IMG/VR virus record: IMGVR_UViG_3300044970_002549
Location: 27,158-91,157 of that record
From: a virus
Reading direction: 5' to 3' (one strand)
Length of the DNA stretch: 64,000 bases
The position numbers were made by a program, and so were the translations under genes. The notes beneath the pieces are model-generated. The model was not told the origin of the DNA. It saw only the letters and a program-made list of their open reading frames with translations, and ran no database searches. Below, one piece after another: positions 7,317-14,833 of the stretch (the stretch's first letter is position 1; every line of letters begins with the position of its first letter).

Positions 7317-7391
7317 TTGCGCTGCCCTGTTCTGTGGTAGGCTTTGGTTGTCGGGGGAAGGCACAGACCCGAACCGACAAAGGAGGAAACG
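7317..7391 (+). promoter_or_regulatory. early cassette 10 promoter and leader
   Basis: Extended -10 TGTGG-TAGGCT(7338); 6 nt; GTCGG...CCGAC with GGCACAGAC in the loop; AAGGAGG. Confidence 0.7.
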
Positions 7392-7844
7392 ATGAAGGCA
7401 GGTATGACCTTCGCAGCCGCAAGGGCGGCAGCAGCAAAGAGCGGCGGTATGTTCGTCGTTCTTACTGGGTGGAGCGCGCCGACCACGGACAAATGCCGGG
7501 AGAAGCGACGCGAAGCGGCAGCAGGGCGAGCCGCCGAACACCGCGCCATCGGGCGCGTGAAGGTGGAAGCCACAGCCGAGAACGGCGTGGTGCTGTTCCG
7601 CGTTGCGGGTCAGGTGAACCGCGACCAGTACCCAGAAGGCGTGTACCTCAACAAGAAAGGCGAGCCTTGCGTTGGCATCGTCATCGGAGCCCCGACCGAG
7701 TACGGCTACACGACCGCGTGTCCGTATGCAGGGAAGGCAGGAAGCGCATGCGAGAACCGCAGACCCTTCCACGCGCACCGCACCATCAACCTCACGCGCC
7801 TAGTGGCGTGGGAGATTGCAGGAGAGCAGCAGCCCCTCGGCTGA
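7392..7844 (+). CDS. early protein, paralogue of 2525-2986
   Basis: Start moved to ATG 7392 behind AGGAGG; long identical blocks shared with 2525-2986. Confidence 0.8.
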   Translation: MKAGMTFAAARAAAAKSGGMFVVLTGWSAPTTDKCREKRREAAAGRAAEHRAIGRVKVEATAENGVVLFRVAGQVNRDQYPEGVYLNKKGEPCVGIVIGAPTEYGYTTACPYAGKAGSACENRRPFHAHRTINLTRLVAWEIAGEQQPLG

Positions 7845-7862
7845 CCGCCCGCCAGATTTTGT

Positions 7863-7908
7863 AGAGAGCGCACCCTCCGCCCTTCGGGGTGGGGGGTGTT
7901 CTCTTTGT
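7863..7908 (+). terminator. intrinsic terminator (cUUCGg loop)
   Basis: AGAGAGCGCACCCTCCGCCC-TTCG-GGGTGGGGGGTGTTCTCT followed by TT. Confidence 0.8.
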
Positions 7909-8058
7909 CTGGCCAGCAGTACGGCGTGCCATTACCCGCTCATCGATTTACCCCAACCCCTCGCATAGAACAGATGACCCCCCCTACCCATGCGCGCGCT
8001 ACGTGCAAATCAACATTTGACCAATCTGTGGCGATTACCCCTCAACCCCTCTTCCTGC

Positions 8059-8102
8059 AATAAAAAAGCCCAGGCACATGGCCTAGGCGCTAATTTTTTT
8101 TT
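8059..8102. terminator. probable bidirectional terminator at the junction of convergent blocks
   Basis: A-run, GCCCAGGC/GCCTAGGC stem, T-run. Confidence 0.55.
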
Positions 8103-8110
8103 ACAGAAAA

Positions 8111-8599
8111 TTATCTACGAGCGAGCGAGATACGGCGACAGGCTCTGCACTCTCTCCGGCCCCGTGGAGACCGGTAGGTGTTCTCGTCGGTCCATTCATG
8201 TCCCTTGCTGCAATGCGTGATACGCCCAGCAGCTGCAAGACCGCGGAGTATGTTTATTCTGCACGTCACAGGCTCAAGGTGTTTTGTATTGACACACTTT
8301 CGCACCCTACATAGGTGGTCAAGGTGTAATCCCCTGGCAATAGGCCCAACCTCATAGAGATACGCCCATCGGTGTGCAAGGACCTTCTTCCCTTGGTGTT
8401 TGAATCCACCGTATCCCCTTGAGTCAATCGTACCGGTCCATTCATGGCACCCTGTGGTCTCATTCACATACACAAAAGTTCGGAAACGTACCGCGACTTT
8501 TTCTTCCACTACGGGCTGACAGATGCGACCATCGGTGTGGGGGGCCGCCGCGCGCCCGTAGGCACCCCTAGGAGCGACGGAGAGGCGTGATTCTGGCAC
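8111..8599 (-). CDS. HNH endonuclease with C-terminal zinc finger (start uncertain)
   Basis: CHEWTG...AHRWAY...LDHLCRVRKCVNTKHL...N; THCSKGH...CRAC. Confidence 0.85.
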   Translation of the reverse strand: MPESRLSVAPRGAYGRAAAPHTDGRICQPVVEEKVAVRFRTFVYVNETTGCHEWTGTIDSRGYGGFKHQGKKVLAHRWAYLYEVGPIARGLHLDHLCRVRKCVNTKHLEPVTCRINILRGLAAAGRITHCSKGHEWTDENTYRSPRGRRECRACRRISLARR

Positions 8600-8606
8600 C
8601 TTGGGG

Positions 8607-9005
8607 TCAGAGGGCCTTAGAGGCCTTTGCCATAGCTGTTACGGGGTCTGGGTTGATGGAACGGAGGAACTGTCGCTCAGAAACAGCTTCTGGGTCAAGC
8701 ATCATCCTACGGAGAAGGTCTTCTGCCGTCAGGAAGCCTGCAAATGCCTTTGGTGAACCGTTGGCAATAGAGGTGTAGAGAACGTAGGGAACGCTCTTGA
8801 TGCCGTACTCCTGCACGATAGCAGGGTTCTCATCCACATTTACCTTGATAACGGTAACGTCTTTTCGGAATGACGCGATTTTCTCGAGCTCTGCACTGAT
8901 CGCAACACATGGCTTGCACCATGGAGCCCAAAAATCAACGATAGTTGGCCCTTTCGACAGTGCAGTTGTGATCTCTTGTGATGTGACGGGGGTTGACTGG
9001 GCCAT
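8607..9005 (-). CDS. thioredoxin
   Basis: VDFWAPWCKPC and SVP motifs; start moved to ATG 9005 behind AAGGAG. Confidence 0.9.
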   Translation of the reverse strand: MAQSTPVTSQEITTALSKGPTIVDFWAPWCKPCVAISAELEKIASFRKDVTVIKVNVDENPAIVQEYGIKSVPYVLYTSIANGSPKAFAGFLTAEDLLRRMMLDPEAVSERQFLRSINPDPVTAMAKASKAL

Positions 9006-9028
9006 AACAAACTCCTTATGGGTGACAA

Positions 9029-9056
9029 GAGGGGGCTGGATTTCTCCAACCCCCTC
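9029..9056 (-). promoter_or_regulatory. GAAA-tetraloop hairpin upstream of thioredoxin (terminator or leader)
   Basis: GAGGGGGTTGGA-GAAA-TCCAGCCCCCTC on the minus strand. Confidence 0.55.
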
Positions 9057-9078
9057 AGGAATGAGGTCGCTTATCCTA

Positions 9079-9303
9079 TCAGTTGACGTCGCGTGACGCA
9101 ATGATTCGGGGTGCCTTCATCGATGGTATATCTTCCACCGGCTCTCCAATTTTTTCCGCAATTTTCGCCATTGTGTTGACGAGTTCGGAAAGCACCGGTA
9201 ACACTTTACGCAGCATCGTTTCTCGCTCTGCGCTTTGTTCCATTTCTTGTACTGCTTTTAAATCGTCAGCAATCTGCTGCAAATCGTAGTTCTTCATCAA
9301 CAT
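9079..9303 (-). CDS. hypothetical helical protein
   Basis: 74-aa ORF coupled to the ssb stop. Confidence 0.65.
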   Translation of the reverse strand: MLMKNYDLQQIADDLKAVQEMEQSAERETMLRKVLPVLSELVNTMAKIAEKIGEPVEDIPSMKAPRIIASRDVN

Positions 9304-9686
9304 TAGAACGGAAGCTCTTCAAGCGACTGCTGCATCTCTGCGCGTGAGGAGGTTTCACCCTCACCCTGCTTCTTTGAGCGGCTAAGCACCTGAATGTACT
9401 TTGCGGTGATGGAGATTTCCGTGTGCTCCACATCGTTCTTGTCCGTCCACGAGCTGATTTCCGGCGTTCCCTCGATCCAAATAAGGTCGCCCTTCTGGAC
9501 AATCTTATCGGCAAGCTCTGCACGACCATCCCAACAAGTAATCGGATACCACGTCGACTTCTCTTCACCATTCGCATCCTTTGTGCCATGGACGGCGACG
9601 TTGAAATTCGCCACTGGACGGCCCTTTGCCGTAGAGCGGACGACGGGACGAGCACCAACATAACCAATCAACTGTACCTTAATCAT
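9303..9686 (-). CDS. ssb: single-stranded DNA-binding protein
   Basis: VQLIGYVG...VANFNVA...TW...KGDLIWIEG; acidic tail ending EELPF. Confidence 0.92.
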   Translation of the reverse strand: MIKVQLIGYVGARPVVRSTAKGRPVANFNVAVHGTKDANGEEKSTWYPITCWDGRAELADKIVQKGDLIWIEGTPEISSWTDKNDVEHTEISITAKYIQVLSRSKKQGEGETSSRAEMQQSLEELPF

Positions 9687-10053
9687 CTTCTTCTACCTCA
9701 CTAATCCTAAGTACGATCTTTTCTTCATCGCACTTTTTCTTCAGGGTCCATACACGGGGCATGAACCTTGCATCATTCACTCCGATACCCAGCGCAATCG
9801 CGTCAAGTGTCAGTTTTAATATGTTGTCTGCGTCGATTGAACGCTTCACGTAAATCCACACATCAACCACGAGCATTGTATCACTGTCGCATGCCCATTG
9901 CTGTTCCGCCTTTGCGGCTCCGGCCATGACCGAGACGATCTTCTTCCACTGTTTTGCCTCCCTTGTCATGTAGATGTACGATTTTCGCGCCCGATACGCG
10001 GCATTCCAGCTTGGCGGACGGCCGTTGATCGTTAATTCGAGCGCGGACGACAC
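9679..10053 (-). CDS. rusA: RusA-like Holliday junction resolvase
   Basis: PPSWN...DADNILKLTLDAI...ND motif. Confidence 0.85.
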   Translation of the reverse strand: MSSALELTINGRPPSWNAAYRARKSYIYMTREAKQWKKIVSVMAGAAKAEQQWACDSDTMLVVDVWIYVKRSIDADNILKLTLDAIALGIGVNDARFMPRVWTLKKKCDEEKIVLRISEVEEDD

Positions 10054-10749
10054 CTACTTGGCCGACTTCCGTAGACCTGGACGCAAATCTTTGCCAGAAG
10101 ACTCGACAACAGCGCATGTTTCAAGCAATCGGGAGACGGTCGCACCGTATCCAAGGTCGTACAGCTCATTAATTGAGCGGTTCGACGTCACAATTGTCGG
10201 CAACATTGCTGAATATCGGCTTTCGACAAGCACATAGAGGCGTTCTGTCGCCCAATCGGTCGCTTTTTCTTTGCCGAAGTCGTCTAGAACCACCAACGGA
10301 GCTCGTTTGCAGCTGTATTGGAAGTCTTCTTGCGCCTCGGCATCGTCAAATTTGAACGATGTGCGAATTGCATCAAGGAAAATCGGCACGTTAAAGAACT
10401 TTGGCCCGACAAGGCCTTCCATAATGCGAGAATTCATCGCCGCGGCAGCCAGATACGTCTTCCCGGTGCCAGGCGCACCCAAGAGAAAGAACCCTTGGTC
10501 AGCAAGCGGCTTTGACGCCCAGTCCAGCGCGGTCTTTGCTGCTTTTGTCTCCTTGATTTCTGGCAGCAGTGACGAAAGCGACGCACCTTGGTAGCGAATC
10601 GGCATTCCAGACTGGTTAATCCGCTTATATGCAACCTCAGGCGTTGGCACTGTCGAAGACCCCTTGACCTGTCCGTTTGACATGATCGTTACGAAGTCCA
10701 AATCTGGGACAATTTCACTAATTTTCTTTGGCTCATTCTCTTTCGACAT
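10054..10749 (-). CDS. DnaC/IstB-like AAA+ helicase loader
   Basis: Walker A GAPGTGKT, Walker B LVVLDDFG, RY...PTIVTSN, SRL. Confidence 0.9.
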   Translation of the reverse strand: MSKENEPKKISEIVPDLDFVTIMSNGQVKGSSTVPTPEVAYKRINQSGMPIRYQGASLSSLLPEIKETKAAKTALDWASKPLADQGFFLLGAPGTGKTYLAAAAMNSRIMEGLVGPKFFNVPIFLDAIRTSFKFDDAEAQEDFQYSCKRAPLVVLDDFGKEKATDWATERLYVLVESRYSAMLPTIVTSNRSINELYDLGYGATVSRLLETCAVVESSGKDLRPGLRKSAK

Positions 10750-11038
10750 ACTGATCGTAGTCCTCCTTGCGGCTACTTACTTCGTCAGACCACTTTCTGG
10801 TCATTGAGAGCTTCTTTACATACGCAAACGGGTCACCGCTCACATCACGGATTGCCGCTTCGCAGATTGCAGACATCAGGGCCGGGATTCCGCCAGGAAA
10901 TGCAGCCATGAGCTGCGCAATTCGCCCATAATCGGTGCGTTTCATTGGTTTTCCGGTTACCGCAGTGAAGAAGTCTCCGATTCTGCCCTGTCGGTTGCCC
11001 GACTGCTCAACATCGACGCGCCACTGCGCCAGCGTCAT
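10733..11038 (-). CDS. hypothetical protein, possibly the initiator-like partner of the loader
   Basis: Start moved to ATG 11038 (ATGA overlap); lies immediately upstream of the DnaC-like gene. Confidence 0.6.
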   Translation of the reverse strand: MTLAQWRVDVEQSGNRQGRIGDFFTAVTGKPMKRTDYGRIAQLMAAFPGGIPALMSAICEAAIRDVSGDPFAYVKKLSMTRKWSDEVSSRKEDYDQYVERE

Positions 11039-11916
11039 CGTACTAGCTTGTCCAACGTGCTGTTCCTGATTCCCGGCAGAACTTCTAACATCTTTTTCTT
11101 TGTTTCTGGTAGCTTTTGTGGGTGCGACTCCCATTGGTTGCACAGCCTCCTATACTCACACGACGAGTGCACAAATGCCGTAGGATTTGGATAGATCGCG
11201 CCCTTTTCGCGCGCGTCCAAGATTGCCCTAACGGTAATGTACAGCTGGTCGATATCATCCTGCGTTCGCGTTGTTACGCGACGCTCCACATTCGGCCCCT
11301 TTGAGTGCTTAGAGATGATGTTGAACGTCACCTTCGGGTCGTGACCGTGATTCTGTCGAATCGCATTCACATAAGCGGTGGCCTGTGCATCTCCATGCTC
11401 TCGGCCAGCCTCCCACTTTCGGTCCGCCGTCTTGTGCTCGACTACATCGTTCTCTTTTGTCACCATGTCCAGCACCGACTTGAGCTTGATCGGCAGTTTG
11501 CCGAGCCTGCTGTGTTCGATGTCGGCCATGAAGGTCCGCTCAACCGCGCTTGCCGTCCAGTCATCACCTTCCAGCAGTGCGGCCTTCAACATATCCTCGC
11601 CCAACGCGCTTTCGCTAATCGGATTCTTGTCCTTTTCCTGCGTCCAGTCGATTGTGGCCGACTCCTTGGCGTAGGTGGACTTAAATGCGTCGATTGCTGG
11701 GGTAAGGTCGCCAATTTGCTTGCCGCCGCCAAAGGGCTCGTACCAGCTGGCAAGTCCAGCATGGACTGACGTACCGAGAGCAAAAAAGCTCGTCTGCTTG
11801 TCGGTCCAGAGGCCCATGCCATACCGGTACCACCAGCGCAGCGGACACGCCATAAACTCGCGGATCTCGCTGACGCTGATGTGCTTCTTTTCGAGCGTGC
11901 TATCTGGTATCTGCAT
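11035..11916 (-). CDS. PD-(D/E)XK RecB/AddB-like exonuclease
   Basis: SVSEI...CP, GTSVH, VE, LD...EHKT, QxxxY and C-terminal C..C motifs. Confidence 0.85.
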   Translation of the reverse strand: MQIPDSTLEKKHISVSEIREFMACPLRWWYRYGMGLWTDKQTSFFALGTSVHAGLASWYEPFGGGKQIGDLTPAIDAFKSTYAKESATIDWTQEKDKNPISESALGEDMLKAALLEGDDWTASAVERTFMADIEHSRLGKLPIKLKSVLDMVTKENDVVEHKTADRKWEAGREHGDAQATAYVNAIRQNHGHDPKVTFNIISKHSKGPNVERRVTTRTQDDIDQLYITVRAILDAREKGAIYPNPTAFVHSSCEYRRLCNQWESHPQKLPETKKKMLEVLPGIRNSTLDKLVR

Positions 11917-12524
11917 TAGGAGAAGTCAGCTTTTCGGGTGTTATAGAACACCGCAAGCCACTTCTTTGCATCAGCCCCAAGCTTCGATGACGCAATCTGT
12001 TGCGCAACCGTATTGAGGTCGGTGATCGATGCGGCACCGTTGATGGCCTCTCGCCAATCGACAAGCTCGTCTGTTGGCTCAAAGACTTCCGCTGCTGCGC
12101 GGAGCACCTCTTCGTCTGCAATCTTCTGCGATTCGCGCTTTGCAACAACGTCTCCGCCCTTTGAGCGAATCTCATCGTTTGACGCAACCTTCTTTGATGG
12201 AAGGCCTGCCATTACGAGCGCGCGGCCCACAGCCGACGTCTCGCAGTTCTCGATTTCAGAACCCCGCGTGTATGGCGTAGCGCCCGGAATCTGCATGGCG
12301 CTGTGGCCAATGCCTGCTGGACGATCGTCCACAAAGCCAAGCCTTTCGTCAAGCCCGTTGTCTTCCTTGACGCCGCGATAGGCTCGCGCCTCAATGACCA
12401 CGCGCTTCTCCGTGTGCTCAAGAAGCCGCGTTTCGATTCTGCCGTTTGGGTACGCTTCGTACCATGCCCGGATGCGCTCTGCGACATCAACGTAATCCTT
12501 AAGTGCGCTCTTGTCGAATGCCAT
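11916..12524 (-). CDS. Rad52/Sak-like single-strand annealing protein
   Basis: DYVDVAERI...ENCETSAVGRAL motif; adjacent to the exonuclease. Confidence 0.7.
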   Translation of the reverse strand: MAFDKSALKDYVDVAERIRAWYEAYPNGRIETRLLEHTEKRVVIEARAYRGVKEDNGLDERLGFVDDRPAGIGHSAMQIPGATPYTRGSEIENCETSAVGRALVMAGLPSKKVASNDEIRSKGGDVVAKRESQKIADEEVLRAAAEVFEPTDELVDWREAINGAASITDLNTVAQQIASSKLGADAKKWLAVFYNTRKADFS

Positions 12525-12539
12525 TACTAACTCCTTCTC

Positions 12540-12785
12540 TTACTTCTGTCCGAAAAGCTCGGACTCGCTCAATCCAAGATACTCAGCCAACCGCTTCCGC
12601 ATCTCTGCGGTCATCGGTGCATGGCCATACTGTACCTGGTTCAGATACCCATAGGATACACCAAGGTGCATGGCAACCCATCGTCGCTTCACCCCGGAGT
12701 CCTTGATAAGACGCCACACCTTGGCGTTCTGTTCTCGCTGCTGCTCGCGCAGCCCTTTATTTACTGCACCGCTCTGCTTACTCAT
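12540..12785 (-). CDS. XRE-family HTH regulator
   Basis: VAMHLGVSYGYLNQV...LAEYLGLSESELF; start moved to ATG 12785. Confidence 0.8.
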   Translation of the reverse strand: MSKQSGAVNKGLREQQREQNAKVWRLIKDSGVKRRWVAMHLGVSYGYLNQVQYGHAPMTAEMRKRLAEYLGLSESELFGQK

Positions 12786-13053
12786 TTCGGCCTTCCCATG
12801 TTGGCAAAGCGCCGGTCTTGACCCATTCGTCAATCGCGTACGTCACGCCCTCGCATATCAGCCACCATGTTTCTGGATCGGTGCTTGCGTATTCGCCATT
12901 TCGCATCTCGTCTCGAATGTGCGCCCACAGCTCTGGGGCCATGGCTTCGCGCATCTCGAAATCTGATACATCCTCAACCAACGAGGAGATGATCGACGAC
13001 GCAGCTACTGCGCCCTGCTTGACGCTCTGAAAATCCAAATGTCCGTCACTCAT
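12778..13053 (-). CDS. hypothetical protein
   Basis: AAGGAG SD; overlaps both neighbours. Confidence 0.65.
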   Translation of the reverse strand: MSDGHLDFQSVKQGAVAASSIISSLVEDVSDFEMREAMAPELWAHIRDEMRNGEYASTDPETWWLICEGVTYAIDEWVKTGALPTWEGRNE

Positions 13054-13297
13054 TGTCGTTCTCCTTGGATACTATTCTTGTAGTATCCGATGTTTCAACC
13101 ATATCGTCAAGTACCCCGCCATTGTGGCGAAGAATATGATTCATGCACTCCACATGAATCCCTGTTCCGGCAGAGAACATTCTAATTTCTCCGAGTGGAA
13201 GAAAGTTCCCCCTCTTGACGCGCGTTGTTGATCGATTTGGGCAGTTTTGGTAGGAGCAACCGCCGTCGCCCGGATAATGAAGTGCTGGATTACCCAT
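13046..13297 (-). CDS. hypothetical Cys/His protein
   Basis: CSYQNC...HVEC; GGAGG SD. Confidence 0.6.
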   Translation of the reverse strand: MGNPALHYPGDGGCSYQNCPNRSTTRVKRGNFLPLGEIRMFSAGTGIHVECMNHILRHNGGVLDDMVETSDTTRIVSKENDNE

Positions 13298-13583
13298 GCA
13301 TACCCTCCAAATACTTCCTAAGCAGAGGCTTCCACTTTTTGGATGACTCTGTTTTTACTCTGTGGTGGAACCCGCAAAGGACCACTAAATTACCAATCGT
13401 ACTAGGTCCACGTTTGCCGAATCCGGCATTGTCAACATGGTCAAGCTCCAACGAGATCGTTGTCCCTGAGCCAAATTGGCTGCCGCACTGACTGGGCATT
13501 CCGATTCGCGGGCCAACACAGGTCTTGTCGCGCTTCATGACCGTAAGCCTAAGCTCTGGCGTTACCGGGTCCTTATGTGACAT
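13290..13583 (-). CDS. small HNH endonuclease
   Basis: RDKTC...ELDHV...NLVVLCGFHHRVKT. Confidence 0.85.
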   Translation of the reverse strand: MSHKDPVTPELRLTVMKRDKTCVGPRIGMPSQCGSQFGSGTTISLELDHVDNAGFGKRGPSTIGNLVVLCGFHHRVKTESSKKWKPLLRKYLEGMHG

Positions 13584-13600
13584 GACAGGATTCTATCACA

Positions 13601-14734
13601 TCAGATTTCCCCGTGCAACCTCATGTTTTCTACGATTCTGAGGCCAATCCACTCAGCAACCAGGCTGGCCACCCCGTTTCCGCAAGCATCTGCTCGTACT
13701 GTTTCATTGGTTCTGTCAAGAAGTGGGTGCTCCATGCACGCGCCTCCCTGGATTAGGTGCTGACCAAAGACGCCAGACGAAGAGAACGCAGTTAGCGTGC
13801 TGTACGCACCGTCCTCTGTCCAGCGTTCGAAGAATCCGTTGTTCTGGCTGCGCTCAATCTTCCTGAACATCCTGAGCTCTGGTCCGTTGGAGTTTGGAAG
13901 CTCTATGATTTGGTGCGTTTGACGTGTAGACGTCGGAATCCTTTGACGAGTGTGTGCCCGTCCGGCCACCCCATTAGGCGCTCCATCTCCAGTGTAGTCA
14001 GTCTTCGCAAAATCAAGCGCTGCTGGTCGATGGTCTCGAGAATCTTCTGGTGGAGGTCCGGCGTAAAGCCGATCTTCGGACCATTGGGTGTACTCACGAC
14101 CGAGCGCCCAAGGTAGTTCTGGGCCTCCTCTCGCGTCAAGAAGAACCTCGCCGGCGCGAGCGGTTCCAAGATGTCCAAGAAGGAAGACTCGACGGCGCGG
14201 CTGCGGCACTGGCCGCCGTCCCCCATGCAGTTCACAGCTTCCGGCGCTCGACGCATCAATAGTTCGCCACGAAACGCCATACCCGAGTTCGTCCATTTCC
14301 TGGAGGAGTCGCCCCATGTCTCTTCCTTGATTTGATGTGAGGAGTCCCGGGACGTTTTCGAGAAGAATCCATTCTGGTGCAAAGGACTCAACGAGGTTGA
14401 GGAACGAGAACGCGAGGACCGAACGCTCACCTGTAAACCCCTTTCTCTTCCCTGCCGAACTTAGGTCTTGGCACGGGAAGCCAGCTGACCAAAGAGTAGC
14501 ACCTTGCCAGGCTTCTCCAGTTTTTTGGGTGCTGACTGTTGTAATGTCGCCAAGGTTTTTTAGGTGTGGCCAGCGCGCAGCAAGCACCGCAGATTGATAT
14601 GCAGAATTTTCGCACATGGCAACGGTAGTCCATCCAGCAGCCTCGAGGCCTAGGTCTATTCCGCCGACACCGCTAAATGTGGAGAAGTGGCTAAGACTTT
14701 TTACCGCGCTTTTTCTTTGGCTTTTTCTCATCAA
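13601..14734 (-). CDS. DNA (cytosine-5) methyltransferase, large polypeptide lacking motif IX
   Basis: Motifs I FSGVGG, IV FPCQ, VI ENV, VIII QPRRRVF and X GNGV are present; no motif IX in this frame. Confidence 0.9.
   Translation of the reverse strand: MMRKSQRKSAVKSLSHFSTFSGVGGIDLGLEAAGWTTVAMCENSAYQSAVLAARWPHLKNLGDITTVSTQKTGEAWQGATLWSAGFPCQDLSSAGKRKGFTGERSVLAFSFLNLVESFAPEWILLENVPGLLTSNQGRDMGRLLQEMDELGYGVSWRTIDASSAGSCELHGGRRPVPQPRRRVFLLGHLGTARAGEVLLDARGGPELPWALGREYTQWSEDRLYAGPPPEDSRDHRPAALDFAKTDYTGDGAPNGVAGRAHTRQRIPTSTRQTHQIIELPNSNGPELRMFRKIERSQNNGFFERWTEDGAYSTLTAFSSSGVFGQHLIQGGACMEHPLLDRTNETVRADACGNGVASLVAEWIGLRIVENMRLHGEI
13903..14430 (-). CDS. nested +1-frame methyltransferase subunit carrying motif IX
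   Basis: GTG start with AAAGGGG 7 nt upstream; LRRLTTLEMERLMGWPDGHT matches C5-MTase motif IX. Confidence 0.8.
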   Translation of the reverse strand: MSVRSSRSRSSTSLSPLHQNGFFSKTSRDSSHQIKEETWGDSSRKWTNSGMAFRGELLMRRAPEAVNCMGDGGQCRSRAVESSFLDILEPLAPARFFLTREEAQNYLGRSVVSTPNGPKIGFTPDLHQKILETIDQQRLILRRLTTLEMERLMGWPDGHTLVKGFRRLHVKRTKS

Positions 14735-14833
14735 GTTCTATTGTATCATCTGAAATCGGCATCGGTCCTGATGCCCGCAAAACTTTGCATGGCATGCAGA
14801 AACACGGCTGCCTGTGATAGAGCTTGTCGGCCA

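Noticed and set aside
2525-7844. Diversity-generating retroelement template/variable pair
   Set aside because: No reverse transcriptase in the window; both copies are expressed-looking ORFs and differences are not confined to adenines.
7334-7864. 176-aa overlapping + strand ORF, and similar ORFs at 5720-6073 and 4548-4931
   Set aside because: Arg-rich off-frame shadows starting upstream of the predicted transcription start, without an SD.
3083-7989. KOPS (GGGNAGGG) as the explanation of the C-tracts
   Set aside because: Only a few tracts match CCCTNCCC exactly; most have 3-nt or longer spacers.
290-7990. CRISPR array or integron cassette array
   Set aside because: Repeats are degenerate and separated by whole genes with their own promoters. 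No cas or integron integrase gene and no attC-type boxes were seen.
13903-14430. Methyltransferase as a frameshifted pseudogene
   Set aside because: The main frame stays open through motif X, and the nested ORF has its own SD-like sequence and GTG, matching a known two-subunit architecture.
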